In this document: positions 7,978 to 18,956 of the stretch, in pieces
Numbering within the stretch: the stretch's first letter is position 1
Layout of the letters: every line of letters begins with the position of its first letter
Origin: Nitrospinota bacterium
GTDB taxonomy: Bacteria; UBA8248
Assembly: GCA_046581755.1 (NCBI GenBank)
Contig: JAYGFR010000014.1
Location: 1 to 34,733, forward strand
Direction: 5' to 3'
Length of the DNA: 34,733 nucleotides
Position numbers and translations under genes: made by a program
The notes under the pieces: model-generated
Databases searched by the model: none
The model's input: the letters and a program-made list of their open reading frames with translations, nothing else
Told to the model about the DNA's origin: nothing

Positions 7978-9135
7978 TCAGTCCGCTGGATATTTCTCCA
8001 CCAGGCGGCGCGCGATTACGATGCGCTGGATATCGTTCGCCCCCTCGCCCACCTGAAGGAGGATGGCGTCCCGGTAGTAACGCTCGATGGGAAGCTCCTT
8101 GATGTATCCGTAGCCGCCATGAATGTGAATCGCCATCTCGGACGCCCGCTGGGCCGCGTCGGTGGCGAATAGTTTTGCCATGCCCGCCTCGAGGTCGCAG
8201 CGCTCGCCGCTGTCCTTCATGGCGGCGGCCCGGTAGGTGAGCTGGCGCGCCGCCTCGAGGGAGGTGGCCATGTCCGCCAGCTTGAGCTGGACCGCCTGAT
8301 GCTCAGCGATGGGTTTGCCAAATGTGCGGCGCTGCTGGGCGTACTTGAGCGAGGCCTCGAAACAGGCCCGCTGGAGCCCCAGCGCGCGGGCCGCCACCTG
8401 GATGCGCCCGATCTCCAAGGCGGCCATGAGCTGCTGGAAGCCGCGGTTCTCCTCCCCGATGAGGCACGAGGCCGGCACCGGGCAATTCTCGAAGACGAGC
8501 TCCCCGGTCCGGATGCCCTTGTAGCCGAGCTTTTCGAGGTGGCGGCTCACCTTGAAGCCGTCCAGATCGCGGTCCATCATGAGGCAGCTGATCCCCCGGT
8601 GGGGCTTGTCCGCCCCCGGGTTCGTCCGGACCATGATGCCGAAATGCGTGGCGTTCTCGCTGTTGGTGATGAACATCTTCGAGCCGTTCACGATGTAGGC
8701 GTTCCCGTCGCGGCGGGCCGAGGTGCGCATGGCCGCGACGTCCGAGCCGCCGTCGGCTTCGGTGATGCCAATCCCCGTCCGCATCTCGCCCGTGGCCAGG
8801 CGGGGCAGCCATTCCTGGCGCTGCTCGCCGCTGCCGAATTCGCTCACCATCCAAGAGACCATCGAGTGGCTGCCGATGACCCCGGTGAGGCTCATCCAGC
8901 CGCGGGCCAGTTCCTCGGTCAGGACGGCGTAGCTGAGGGCGCCCATTCCCGCGCCGCCGTTTTCCTCGGGGATAATGGCTCCGAAATAGCCGAGCTCCTT
9001 CATCCGATCCACCAGCGGATGGGGATAGGCGTCCCGGTGCTCGAAATCGCTCGCCACCGGGATGACCTCCCGGTCCACGAAATCGCGCACGCTCGCCTCC
9101 AGGGCGCGCTGGAATTCGTTCAGTTGAAAATCCAA
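7978..9135 (-). CDS. Acyl-CoA dehydrogenase
   Basis: ITEADGGSDV, VNGSKMFITN, KLGYKG, RRTFGKPIAEHQ, IHGGYGYIKE, GEGANDIQR; TTG start with AGGAGG RBS. Confidence 0.95.
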   Translation of the reverse strand: MDFQLNEFQRALEASVRDFVDREVIPVASDFEHRDAYPHPLVDRMKELGYFGAIIPEENGGAGMGALSYAVLTEELARGWMSLTGVIGSHSMVSWMVSEFGSGEQRQEWLPRLATGEMRTGIGITEADGGSDVAAMRTSARRDGNAYIVNGSKMFITNSENATHFGIMVRTNPGADKPHRGISCLMMDRDLDGFKVSRHLEKLGYKGIRTGELVFENCPVPASCLIGEENRGFQQLMAALEIGRIQVAARALGLQRACFEASLKYAQQRRTFGKPIAEHQAVQLKLADMATSLEAARQLTYRAAAMKDSGERCDLEAGMAKLFATDAAQRASEMAIHIHGGYGYIKELPIERYYRDAILLQVGEGANDIQRIVIARRLVEKYPAD

Positions 9136-9187
9136 TCCATCCCCTCCTTTGGAGTCCCTGCTCCGCATCGGTGCGAAAATGGCGCGC

Positions 9188-9808
9188 CTACCCCCGCCTC
9201 CGGGCCACGCCCTGGTATATCTCCCCCTGGATTCGCGGGGTCTTGGGCATCCGGAAACGGTCGAGCCGCTCGATCTCAAGCCCCGCCTCCCGGATAAATT
9301 CGTCGATCTTCCGGTTCATGTTGCACCCGCAGCCCAAAACGCGCCGCACCGGGTTGAGCCGGTCCTGCCACCGGGCCGTTCGCTCGTCGTCGCTCCGCCC
9401 GTGCTCCAAAAAGATGAACCTTCCCTCCGGCTTGAGGACGCGGCGGGTTTCTTCCAGGGCCTTTTTCAGATCCGGAATCGTGCACAGCGTCCAGGTGGAC
9501 ACCACGCAATCGAATCGTCCCGCATCGTAGGGAAGTTTTTCCGCGCCGAGCGCCTTGCGGCTGACTGGAATTCCCGCGGCGGCGATTCGCCCCTCGACGC
9601 GCTTGGGGAGCAAGGTTGCGAGATCGACCATGAACAGCGCATCCACCCTCTCGGGATAATGCGCCAAATTCAGTCCGGTGCCGAAATCGAGTTCGAGCAC
9701 ATCCCCGCGGGCGGGCTTCAGCGCTAATTCCCGCTTCCGCTGGAAATGGGGGCCTCCCTTGATCCAATCCATTCCCTGCGGGAAGAAAAAATCCGCATAC
9801 AGGCCCAT
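9188..9808 (-). CDS. Class I SAM-dependent methyltransferase
   Basis: VLELDFGTGLN (first Gly of motif I replaced by Asp), AEKLPYD, FDCVVSTWTLCTI, VLKPEGRFIFLEHG. Confidence 0.9.
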   Translation of the reverse strand: MGLYADFFFPQGMDWIKGGPHFQRKRELALKPARGDVLELDFGTGLNLAHYPERVDALFMVDLATLLPKRVEGRIAAAGIPVSRKALGAEKLPYDAGRFDCVVSTWTLCTIPDLKKALEETRRVLKPEGRFIFLEHGRSDDERTARWQDRLNPVRRVLGCGCNMNRKIDEFIREAGLEIERLDRFRMPKTPRIQGEIYQGVARRRG

Positions 9809-9844
9809 GATTCCGCCCTCCCTGCGAGGAAACCCGCTCCCCCC

Positions 9845-10183
9845 CTAGAGCATCGAAAATCCGGTAGGCGCATCGGGGATGAGCAGCTTCGCGACGGGCT
9901 CCCCCCGGTCCAGGTGGGAATCCACAATTTCCTCAGCGTCCTCCACGCGGACGCCCTCATACCAGACGTTGTCCGGCATTACGCAAACGATCGGCCCGCC
10001 CGAGCAAATGTCCAGACAGGAGGTCTTGAGAACCCGCGCCTTGTCCTTGAGGCCCTTATCGGCGATCAATTCCTTGATTCTCTCGCGCACCTCCACCGAG
10101 CCGCACCGAGCGCAGCTTCCCTTGGGGTGGCCCTCCTCCCGCTCGTTCGTGCAGACCAGGACATAGCGCTTTTTCGCGTGCAT
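9845..10183 (-). CDS. Thioredoxin-like [2Fe-2S] ferredoxin
   Basis: VLVCTN...GSC...TSCLDICSGGPIVCVMPDNVWY...EIVDSHL; GAGGAG RBS. Confidence 0.9.
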   Translation of the reverse strand: MHAKKRYVLVCTNEREEGHPKGSCARCGSVEVRERIKELIADKGLKDKARVLKTSCLDICSGGPIVCVMPDNVWYEGVRVEDAEEIVDSHLDRGEPVAKLLIPDAPTGFSML

Positions 10184-10436
10184 TCGACTTTCTCCTCGGT
10201 AACCACTCGGCCCGGATTTAAACCGGACCGAAATCGGCGAATTGCCCGGAACACCCGAACGCTAACATCTCTCCCGATAGACCATCAAACGCCAAGCGGG
10301 TTCGTGGAGCAGATTGGTGGAGCGAATTCGGGGGGAAAGATCGGATTCGCTGGGGTTCCGGCACCCCTTGTCCCGTTGCCCCCGCAAACAATGGTAGGAT
10401 GTCCCAAAGAGTCTCCATCGCACCGAAAGGATCGGC

Positions 10437-11264
10437 ATGGACATCGAAGAACGGGATATTCGTCCGGAAGGGGCCGAAAACGGCAACCCACCTCCTCCCC
10501 CGGCCCGCGTCATTCTTTTTCCCACCTGCCTGGTGGATTCGTTTTTCCCCGGTGTCGGCGAGGCGTCCGTTCACCTTATCGAGCGGACGGGCGCCGAGGT
10601 TATCGTGCCCGATGGGCTGACCTGCTGCGGCCTGCCCCTTTTCAACAACGGGTTTCCCGATGAGGCCCGAAAGGCCCTCGAAACCCAGATGGACCTCTTG
10701 GGTGGAGAGGCTCCTATCGTCGTCCCCTCGGGATCGTGCGCGTGGATGCTGCGGTGTGTCCTTCCCACCCTTTTTCCGGAAGACCCCTGGCTCCGCTCCA
10801 AGGCCGAACGGATCGCTTTGCGCGTCCAAGAACTCTCCCAGTTCCTCGGCCGCTACGGCGGCGGCGAACCGGGGGAGCATCTCCCGGGCAAGACCGTCTA
10901 CCACGACTCCTGCCACCTTCTGAGGGGCTTGGGAGAGCGGGAGGCCCCCCGGCGGCTGCTCGATGGCGCTTGCGAGAGGCGCGAGGAGATGACGGGGGCG
11001 GATCGGTGCTGCGGATTCGGCGGGAGTTTCGCCGTCAAATTCCCCGAGGTTTCCTGCGCGATGCTCGACGAGAAGATCGGCGCCGCCGAAAAGGCCGGGG
11101 CCGACTGGATGGTGGCGGCGGACGCGGGCTGCATTCTCCAGATCGGCTGCGGCCTCTCGAAGCGGGGCTCGAAAATCCGCCTGCTTCACCTGGCGCAGGC
11201 ATTGGCCGGCCCGAATGCGCCCGGCTGGCCCGACAGCGATCCACCCGAAGAGAGGGCACCGTGA
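10437..11264 (+). CDS. lutA: Lactate utilisation Fe-S protein A (LutA/LldE/YkgE, two CCG domains)
   Basis: LFPTCLVD, TCCGLPLFNNG, PSGSC, YHDSCHLLRGLG, CCGFGGSFAVKFPEVS, DAGCILQI. Confidence 0.88.
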   Translation: MDIEERDIRPEGAENGNPPPPPARVILFPTCLVDSFFPGVGEASVHLIERTGAEVIVPDGLTCCGLPLFNNGFPDEARKALETQMDLLGGEAPIVVPSGSCAWMLRCVLPTLFPEDPWLRSKAERIALRVQELSQFLGRYGGGEPGEHLPGKTVYHDSCHLLRGLGEREAPRRLLDGACERREEMTGADRCCGFGGSFAVKFPEVSCAMLDEKIGAAEKAGADWMVAADAGCILQIGCGLSKRGSKIRLLHLAQALAGPNAPGWPDSDPPEERAP

Positions 11265-13468
11265 CATCCCCATTCAACAAGCGGGCAGCGGCCGCCCTCG
11301 CCGACGACGGACTCCAGGAAGCGCTCCGGGTCGCGACCTCCCGCTTCGGAGATATGAGGAAGCAGGCCTTCGAGTCCACCGCCGCTCCCCTGCCCTTGCG
11401 CGCACGGGCCAGGGAGATCCGCCGCCATACCTTCGATGACCTGGACCGCCATCTGGACACCCTTTTCACCAGCCTCCGGAGGCTGGGCGTCCATGTCCAC
11501 TCCGCCGCCGACTCGAGCGAAGCCAACAAGATCATCCTCGGCATCGCCCGCCGCCACGGGGTCCAAACCGTCGTTAAGAGCAAATCCATGGCCACCGAGG
11601 AGATTCACCTCAACGCCGCATTCGAGGCGGCCGGTATCACCCCTTTCGAAACGGACCTGGGCGAGTGGATTCTCCAGCTTGCCGGGGATGTCCCCAGCCA
11701 TCTGGTCGCGCCCGCCCTCCACAAAACCCGGGAGCAGGTGGCCCAACTCTTCGCCGAAAAAGTGGACACGGGAATCGGCGGCGATCCGCGCGACCTGACG
11801 GCGGCGGCCCGGAAAAAACTCCGCGGGGAATTTCTCCGCGCCGGGATGGGGGTGAGCGGGGTTAATTTCGCCATCGCTGAGACGGGCACCCTCTGCCTCG
11901 TCACGAACGAGGGAAACGGCCGTCTGGTAACGACGCTGCCCAAGGTTCATGTCGCCGTCATGGGATTCGAAAAGGTGGTTCCCACGGTGGAGGAGGCGCT
12001 TACCCTGCTGGCCGTGCTTCCGCGCAGCGCGACGGGCCAGAAGGTGACCAGCTACTTCACGATGCTGACGGGTCCCCGGCGGGCGGACGAGGCGGACGGC
12101 CCCGATGAGATGCATCTCGTCGTCCTCGACAACGGGCGCTCGCGCCATTTGGGAGGACCCTTTCACGAAGCCTTCTATTGCATCCGCTGCGGGGCGTGCC
12201 AGAACGCCTGCCCGGTGTACCAGAGCGTCGGGGGCCATGCCTACGATTCGGTCTACGGCGGCCCCATCGGGGCGATCATTAGCCCGATGCTCTACGGCGT
12301 GGAGGCCTCGGGAGAGCTATCCGCCGCCTCGAGCCTGTGCGGCGCCTGCCAGGAGGCCTGCCCCGTCTTCGTGGATATTCCCAGAATGCTGCTCGAAATG
12401 CGCCAGATGCGCGTCGCCCGGCGCCAGATTTCATCCTTCGAGCGGGCGGCCTTCCGGCTCGGAGGGTGGACGATGCGGAACCCCTGGATATGGGGCCTGG
12501 GCGTAAAGCTTCTTCCGCCCCTCCTCGGTCCGCTCGTCCGGAGGGGGATGATGGATTGGCTGCCAGGACCGGCGGGCGCCTGGATGAAGGGCCGCGCCCT
12601 GCCGCCGCCCGCAAAAAAGAGTTTCCGGGCCCTTTGGCGCGAGCGCCGGCGCGGGTCGGGTGGCGCCACTCCGCCTCCTCCAACCGCGGCCCCCCCGGAA
12701 GAGCCCCTGGATGGGTCCCGGCAAATTGTTGAGCAGACCCGCCGCTCGCTCTCGCTCGCTCATGGACTCTCCCACGGCCCGGCGGATGCGCCCCCGGGTC
12801 CCCTGCCCGAGGTGGATGTTCCGGACCCGGTCGGGCGGTTCTGTACGGAATTCGAGGGGGCCGGCGGCCATGCCTACAGGCCGGAGACGCTGGATGCGGC
12901 GAGGGAGGTAGTCCTGACCCTCTTCAGGCGTTTCGGTGGCCGGCCCTCCGCTGTAAGCGAGGGCCTCGCGCTCCCGGCCGGAGACTGGCTCCGGGAAGAG
13001 GGGGCGGAAGTCCTCCCCCTCTCCCCCGCCGGAGACGATTGCCGGGAGGGGCTCGCGCGGGCCGGGATCGGCGTCACCGGGTGCGACTGGGCCATTTCCG
13101 AGACGGGAACGGTCGTCCTCCTGAGTTCGGACCGCTGTCCGCGCCTCTACTCCCTGCTGCCCGAGGTTCATCTGGTCCTGATTCCCGAGGATAGAATCAT
13201 TCCCCATCTTTCGGCCGCCGGGCCGCTCATCCAGGGCGCCCTGAGCGGCGGGAACGCGGCTCCGAGCTGCGTCAACCTGATCACCGGGCCCAGCCGGTCC
13301 GCCGACATCGGGCTCACCCTCATCGAAGGCGTCCACGGCCCCTGCGAGATTCACGCGATTCTGGTGCCGGCGGCCATGTCGGATTCCTCCGGCGATTCTC
13401 CACCAACCTCGGCACCGCCCCCGGCCCCGGCCGACGAATCGACCCCCTTCACCCTCGATGAGGATTAA
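11261..13468 (+). CDS. lutB: LutB-LutC (LldF-LldG) fusion protein, 735 aa
   Basis: GTG overlaps the lutA stop (GTGA). KSKSMATEEI, ETDLGEWI, TNEGNGR, CIRCGACQNACPV, SLCGACQEACPV, then a Pro-rich linker and a second LUD domain (AISETGTVV, ITGPSRSADI, GVHGP). Confidence 0.88.
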   Translation: MTSPFNKRAAAALADDGLQEALRVATSRFGDMRKQAFESTAAPLPLRARAREIRRHTFDDLDRHLDTLFTSLRRLGVHVHSAADSSEANKIILGIARRHGVQTVVKSKSMATEEIHLNAAFEAAGITPFETDLGEWILQLAGDVPSHLVAPALHKTREQVAQLFAEKVDTGIGGDPRDLTAAARKKLRGEFLRAGMGVSGVNFAIAETGTLCLVTNEGNGRLVTTLPKVHVAVMGFEKVVPTVEEALTLLAVLPRSATGQKVTSYFTMLTGPRRADEADGPDEMHLVVLDNGRSRHLGGPFHEAFYCIRCGACQNACPVYQSVGGHAYDSVYGGPIGAIISPMLYGVEASGELSAASSLCGACQEACPVFVDIPRMLLEMRQMRVARRQISSFERAAFRLGGWTMRNPWIWGLGVKLLPPLLGPLVRRGMMDWLPGPAGAWMKGRALPPPAKKSFRALWRERRRGSGGATPPPPTAAPPEEPLDGSRQIVEQTRRSLSLAHGLSHGPADAPPGPLPEVDVPDPVGRFCTEFEGAGGHAYRPETLDAAREVVLTLFRRFGGRPSAVSEGLALPAGDWLREEGAEVLPLSPAGDDCREGLARAGIGVTGCDWAISETGTVVLLSSDRCPRLYSLLPEVHLVLIPEDRIIPHLSAAGPLIQGALSGGNAAPSCVNLITGPSRSADIGLTLIEGVHGPCEIHAILVPAAMSDSSGDSPPTSAPPPAPADESTPFTLDED

Positions 13469-13469
13469 G

Positions 13470-13503
13470 AAAAAAATCCCCCGGCCCTGATGGACCGGGG
13501 GAT
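13470..13503 (-). terminator. Intrinsic terminator of glnA
   Basis: ATCCCCCGG/CCGGGGGAT stem followed on the minus strand by a U-tract; lies between convergent genes. Confidence 0.75.
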
Positions 13504-13539
13504 GGGTGTTTCCCCTTCCGTCTTGCCGTATCCCTTGCT

Positions 13540-14997
13540 CTAGATGTCGTAGTAGAGCGTGAACTCGTAGGGGTGGGGCCGGAGCCGGATGGCGTCCACC
13601 TCTTCCACTCGCTTGTAGTCGATCCAGTTTTCGATCATGTCCTTCGAGAATACATCTCCCTTGAGCAGAAATTCGTGGTCCGCCTCGAGGGCGTCGAGCG
13701 CCTCAGGAAGGCTTCCGGGCGTCTGCTTGACGCCTGCCGTCTCTTCGGGATCGAGGTCGTAGAGGTTCTTGTCGATTGGCTCGGGGGGCAGAATCTTGTT
13801 CTGAATTCCGTCGAGGCCCGCCATGAGCATGGCCGAGAACGCCAGGTAGGGGTTGCAGGCGGGGTCCGGGCAACGGAACTCGACCCGCTTGGCTTTTTCG
13901 CTGGTCGAGTACATCGGGATGCGCACGCAAGCGCTGCGGTTCCGGCAGCTGTAAACCAGGTTGATGGGCGCCTCATAGCCCGGCACGAGACGGCGGTAGC
14001 TGTTCGTGGTCGGGTTGGTGAGGGCCAGGAGGGCCGGGGTGTGCTTGAGCAGGCCGCCGATATAGTAGAGCCCCGTCTGGCTCAGATCGCCGTAGGTGCC
14101 CGCCTGGAAAAACTGGTTTTTCCCTTTTTTCCAGACACTCTGGTGGGTGTGCATGCCCGTTCCGTTGTCCATGAAAACGGGCTTGGGCATGAAGGTGGCC
14201 GTCTTGCCGTGGCGGCGGGCGACGTTCTTCACGACGTACTTGTACTTCATCAGCTTATCGGCCGTTATCAGAAGCTCGTCGTAGCGAATGTCGATCTCGC
14301 CCTGGCCGGCGCTGGCCACCTCGTGGTGATGCACCTCAGTTTCAATCCCCAGGTCCAGCATGGTCAGCATCATCTCGGAGCGGATGTCCTGGAGGGTGTC
14401 CGAGGGCGGGGTGGGAAAGTAGCCTTCCTTGTAGCGCAACTTGTGGCCCAGGTTGGGGCCCTCGTCGGTGCCCGTGTTCCAGGCGGCCTCGACCGAATCC
14501 ACCTCGTAGAAGGCGTGATTTTCGGCCTGGTTGAACCGCACGTCGTCAAAAATGAAAAACTCGGCCTCGGGGCCGAAATAGGCCACGTCGCCGATGCCGG
14601 TGGAGTTGAGGTAGCGTTCGGCCTTGATGGCGATGTGGCGCGGGTCCCGGTCATAGAGTTCGAGGGTAATCGGATCCTTGATGTCGCAGATGAGAACCAG
14701 GGTCGGAATCTCGAGGAAGGGATCCATGAATGCCGTATCCGGATCCGGCATGAGAAGCATGTCGCTCTCGTTGATGGCCTGGAAGCCCCGGATGCTCGAT
14801 CCGTCGAAGCCGACGCCCTCGGCGAACGTATCCGCCCCCAGCGTTCCGATCGGAGATGAGAAATGCTGCCACATGCCCGGCATGTCGGTGAAGCGGTAGT
14901 CCACGATCTTGGCCCCGCCGTCCTTGGCCAATTTGAGGACCGCGGAGACCCCGCTCCCGCCCCCTTTTGAGGATGCTTTTTTCGATCTCGTTGCCAT
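13540..14997 (-). CDS. glnA: Glutamine synthetase type I
   Basis: [60 protein letters not shown] and the adenylylation-site motif NLYDL. Confidence 0.98.
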   Translation of the reverse strand: MATRSKKASSKGGGSGVSAVLKLAKDGGAKIVDYRFTDMPGMWQHFSSPIGTLGADTFAEGVGFDGSSIRGFQAINESDMLLMPDPDTAFMDPFLEIPTLVLICDIKDPITLELYDRDPRHIAIKAERYLNSTGIGDVAYFGPEAEFFIFDDVRFNQAENHAFYEVDSVEAAWNTGTDEGPNLGHKLRYKEGYFPTPPSDTLQDIRSEMMLTMLDLGIETEVHHHEVASAGQGEIDIRYDELLITADKLMKYKYVVKNVARRHGKTATFMPKPVFMDNGTGMHTHQSVWKKGKNQFFQAGTYGDLSQTGLYYIGGLLKHTPALLALTNPTTNSYRRLVPGYEAPINLVYSCRNRSACVRIPMYSTSEKAKRVEFRCPDPACNPYLAFSAMLMAGLDGIQNKILPPEPIDKNLYDLDPEETAGVKQTPGSLPEALDALEADHEFLLKGDVFSKDMIENWIDYKRVEEVDAIRLRPHPYEFTLYYDI

Positions 14998-15089
14998 GGT
15001 GTTGACCCCTCCAATTAGTTGAACATTCGAATTGCCCGATGAAAATCCACCCGGTCCCGCATCCCGGGGTTCATCCCCCGGGCCGGCCC

Positions 15090-17828
15090 CTAAAAAGACG
15101 AAACGCTATAGGAGGAACCCTCGGTGAGTTCCTCTGTCAATATTTCGCACAATTCGCGGAGACGGCTCTCATCCTCGATTTTTCCGCCTCTCGCGTCGGT
15201 TACATAAAACACATCGACGGCCCGGAGGCCCTCGGTGGAAATTTTCGCCCTGGAGATGGAGACGCCCTCGTCGGCCAGACGCCCGGCGATTCTCGCCAAA
15301 AGGCCGTGCCGATCGGGCGTAATGACTTCCAGCACAGTATCGTCCTCGCTTGCCGTGAGATCGTATTCGACCAGCGTGGGTATGTCGAAATGAACCCGTT
15401 GCTTGGGATGGCGAACTTTGCTGTTTTTTTCCACGAGCTCCTGGACGCTGATCCTCCCCGAAAGGAGGTCGTCCAGCAAGGAGCGGACTTTTTTCCACAA
15501 GGCGTCGTCCGTTACGGCCTTTCCTTCCGAATCGACCACGATAAAAGAATCCACCACCAGCCCTTCGGAGTCCGTATACGCCTTTGCGTCGAGTATCTTG
15601 ATGTGAAACGAAGCGAACGTTCCGGCGAGGATGGCGAACAGGCCCAGCTGATCGCGGCAAACAAGCGTCAGGAGCGTATTGCCCAGGCGGCGCCGGTGGG
15701 TGACCTCCATGACGAAAGGGGTATCCGCGTCGATTTTTTCGCTCATTTCGATCTGATGCAAAATATCCTGGGGCGGCGTCCCCAGCCGGTATCTCTCGGG
15801 CATGTTATCCAGATAGCGGAGGATGCGATCCGGCCTCAGCTTGCTCACGGCCGCCCGCGCCTCGAGGAACACCTGTTTTCCGATCTCATCCAGGCGCTTT
15901 TGGCGAGAGCCGGCCTCGCCCGATTCGAGAACCCGAAGGGTCCTCCGGTAGAGTTCGAAAATGAGCATGCCCCGCCATTCGTTCCATATTCCGGGCGCCA
16001 CCGCATTGATGTCGCAGTAACTCAGCAGGTACAGCATCTTGAGTTGCTCGACGGTCTCCACTTTTTCGGCGAACCGCTCGATCTGGGCCGGGTCGTCGAT
16101 GTCCCGCCGTTCGGCGATATGGGACATTTCCATATGGTTGGCCACCAGAAATTCGAGCACCCTCCCCTCGTCGGCCCGGAGGCCCATGCGAACGGTGATA
16201 TCGGGAAGCGCGGCCACGCTTCGCTGGTCGTGGCGCGGACCGCGAGCCTTGCCGATATCGTGGAGAAGCAGCGCCAGGCGAACGAGGTGGATCCGCTCCA
16301 TGTCCCGGTGAACATGGGCCAGCTCCTGCAGGGGAATCTCTTTTTTGTAGGCCAGCTCGTCCAGAAACCGGATCGCCAAAAGGGTGTGTTCATCCACCGT
16401 ATAACGGTGATAGTGATCGTGTTGAACGAAACAGTTTATTTCCTCGAATTCGGGAAGGTAGCGGCCCAGAACGCCGAGTCCGTGCATTTCCTGAAGGGTG
16501 CGCGCAACGCCCGCCTTGCCCTCGAGAATACGGAAAAAACAGTCCCTCACCTCCGAGGATGAGCGAAAATCCTCGTCAACGCTATCCAGATTCGCGCGGA
16601 TGAAGTTTCGAATTTCCGCCGAAAGGCCGCAACTGTATCGGTAGTGAAACTCGAATATCCGCATCAGGCCCTCGGGCCGCTTGAGCACCTCTTTGCCGAA
16701 ATCCTCCAAAACCATCGAATGGTAATCGCGGAGCGCAAGGCCGCCCTCGAGCGATTCGATCCGCGGCCGGCGCCTGGCCCATCCTTTTTTCTTCAACTCA
16801 TCTTCGAGGCTTTCGAAAAAATCCCGGCAAAATAAATGCATCGTCCGGGCACACTTGAAATAGTCCCGCATCAGGGCCTCGCTGGCCATCGCCACTTCCG
16901 AGTCCTCATAGCCGATCTTGGGAGCGACATCCATTTGGGCCTGGAAGGTCAACATGTCGTTCTTCGATCCGGATTGAACATGAAGCTGGGTCCGGATGCG
17001 AAGAAGAAAATCATACGCCTCCCGGACCCGATCGCAGTCCTCCCGCGGCACCCATCCCTTTCGCCAGATACCTTCTATTTTTTCCGCACCATAGGCGCGG
17101 GCCAACCAGAGGACGGCGTGCAAATCCCGGAGCCCGCCCGCGCTTTCCTTGATGTTGGGCTCCTGAACGTAAACGGAAGGATCCCACGAGCGGTAGCGGC
17201 TGCCGAGCTCCCGCAGCCGCCGCCGCAAATGGGAACTCTTGCTCACCCGCTTCAGATAGGAATCGAAACGCCTGTGAAATTCACCGAACACCGCTTCATC
17301 GCCAGCGATCAGGCGATGTTCGAGCATAGATGTTTCGCTCTGGTAATCCTCCCGGCCGATTCGAATGCATTCGCTAATCGTCCGGGCGCTATGCCCGATA
17401 TCGAGTCCGGAATCCCACAGCAGATAAAGAATAATTCGAACCAGCCGGCTCGCCGGCGTGGAGCGTTTCGGGAAGACGAACATGAGATCGATATCCGATC
17501 CCGGGGAAAGCTCGCCCCTCCCATATCCGCCGATGGCGAGCATGGCGCACGAAAAGGCGCCCTCCGATTCCCCTTCTTCGCTTCGGAAATCGCAGACGCC
17601 ATGGCTCCAAATTTGAGCCAGAAGGGAATCGATGAATTCCGACCGGGCCTCGCACAACGCCAGTCCACCCGCGCCCTCCCCGTGGGCGTCCGATAGGAGA
17701 GCCTTTCCGCGGGCGAAGGTCTCCTTGATATGGCGCAAAAACGCCTCGCGCTCCCAGCGGCTCGCCGCCGGAAGTGCATCTACCAGCTCTTCTTTGATCT
17801 CAAAAAGGAGATGAAGGGATTGGCTCAT
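15090..17828 (-). CDS. glnD: PII uridylyltransferase/uridylyl-removing enzyme
   Basis: [16 protein letters not shown] nucleotidyltransferase motif, [31 protein letters not shown] (HD), two C-terminal ACT domains. Confidence 0.96.
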   Translation of the reverse strand: MSQSLHLLFEIKEELVDALPAASRWEREAFLRHIKETFARGKALLSDAHGEGAGGLALCEARSEFIDSLLAQIWSHGVCDFRSEEGESEGAFSCAMLAIGGYGRGELSPGSDIDLMFVFPKRSTPASRLVRIILYLLWDSGLDIGHSARTISECIRIGREDYQSETSMLEHRLIAGDEAVFGEFHRRFDSYLKRVSKSSHLRRRLRELGSRYRSWDPSVYVQEPNIKESAGGLRDLHAVLWLARAYGAEKIEGIWRKGWVPREDCDRVREAYDFLLRIRTQLHVQSGSKNDMLTFQAQMDVAPKIGYEDSEVAMASEALMRDYFKCARTMHLFCRDFFESLEDELKKKGWARRRPRIESLEGGLALRDYHSMVLEDFGKEVLKRPEGLMRIFEFHYRYSCGLSAEIRNFIRANLDSVDEDFRSSSEVRDCFFRILEGKAGVARTLQEMHGLGVLGRYLPEFEEINCFVQHDHYHRYTVDEHTLLAIRFLDELAYKKEIPLQELAHVHRDMERIHLVRLALLLHDIGKARGPRHDQRSVAALPDITVRMGLRADEGRVLEFLVANHMEMSHIAERRDIDDPAQIERFAEKVETVEQLKMLYLLSYCDINAVAPGIWNEWRGMLIFELYRRTLRVLESGEAGSRQKRLDEIGKQVFLEARAAVSKLRPDRILRYLDNMPERYRLGTPPQDILHQIEMSEKIDADTPFVMEVTHRRRLGNTLLTLVCRDQLGLFAILAGTFASFHIKILDAKAYTDSEGLVVDSFIVVDSEGKAVTDDALWKKVRSLLDDLLSGRISVQELVEKNSKVRHPKQRVHFDIPTLVEYDLTASEDDTVLEVITPDRHGLLARIAGRLADEGVSISRAKISTEGLRAVDVFYVTDARGGKIEDESRLRELCEILTEELTEGSSYSVSSF

Positions 17829-17840
17829 GGACGGAAGCGC

Positions 17841-18206
<366 letters not shown>

Positions 18207-18229
18207 TCAGCACCGTCTTGATGGCCTCA

Positions 18230-18257
18230 AATATACCATGACCCGATTTCTGGTCAA
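18230..18257 (-). promoter_or_regulatory. Candidate sigma70 promoter of glnB-glnD-glnA
   Basis: Minus strand TTGACC-N16-TATATT with an extended -10 TG, about 50 nt upstream of glnB. Confidence 0.55.
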
Positions 18258-18558
18258 CCGATCCGGTAAATCCAGGCATCGCTCCGCTCGTCTTTTCAAG
18301 GATGTTTGTACCTTCGCTTTGTTTCCGTGACGTTTCGCCCCTGTTACTTGACCATTAAATCAAGAAGGCCCGCGGGAGCAAGACCCGCAAAGGGTTGATT
18401 TATGCATGGTCGCGAGGGTTTGGGCACCGGGTTTTTCCGCCCCCACCCTGTCCGGGCCTTGATTCCGGCCCTGGAATCGCCTAAACTCGCCCGCTCTCGG
18501 GGCCGGACCAGGCACCCGCGAAATGACTGACAAATCTAGGCGATGGGGGTATCGGAAA

Positions 18559-18879
18559 ATGGAATGCACGCTGCTCGAAGGGCCTGTCGAATGTTATTTC
18601 GCTCAACGCGGAACGAACGGGGCCAACGGTTGCGGATATAACGGGACCAGCTGTTTCGAGATTACCGAGGATTGCCTCAGCGGGGACGATGAAAAACCTT
18701 GCGCTCACATCATAGAGCTTCCGAAGGGAAAATATTGCGCTAAATTTCCCAATCCGGAAAACCGCTGGGCGCGGGGACGCTGCCCATTGGCCACCCATAT
18801 TAAAATGGGCTTTTCCGCTCCATTGGAGAAAAAGCTGAATTCGCTCAAGGCATCGAGACGCGCCGCGCGCGGAGGCTGA
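18559..18879 (+). CDS. PxxKW-type cysteine-rich protein (106 aa)
   Basis: Eight Cys; pattern C..GC.YNG.SC...C...C...YC..FP.PxxRW..G.CP.ATH and basic tail KLNSLKASRRAAR resemble the PxxKW family as recalled from Deltaproteobacteria. Confidence 0.75.
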   Translation: MECTLLEGPVECYFAQRGTNGANGCGYNGTSCFEITEDCLSGDDEKPCAHIIELPKGKYCAKFPNPENRWARGRCPLATHIKMGFSAPLEKKLNSLKASRRAARGG

Positions 18880-18913
18880 TTCGGCCCCCTCCGGCCCATC
18901 GTTATCAAAAACC

Positions 18914-18952
18914 TATCCTCCGCCCGGACCTCCAGGCGGAGGATATTTTTTT
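18914..18952 (+). terminator. Intrinsic terminator after the Cys-rich gene
   Basis: TATCCTCCGCC/GGCGGAGGATA stem followed by T7. Confidence 0.8.
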
Positions 18953-18956
18953 CGCC

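Noticed and set aside
10736..11260. N-terminal extension of the 910-aa ORF
   Set aside because: Overlaps lutA out of frame; LutB similarity starts at GTG 11261.
15020..15040. Possible sigma54 site upstream of glnA (GGGCAATTCGAATGT, minus strand)
   Set aside because: Lacks the invariant -12 GC and the TGGCAC core.
13573..17696. Long antisense ORFs opposite glnA and glnD (similar ones lie opposite AOR, flgE, ACAD, PBP and ftsK)
   Set aside because: Expected shadow ORFs of high-GC codon usage; no recognisable motifs.
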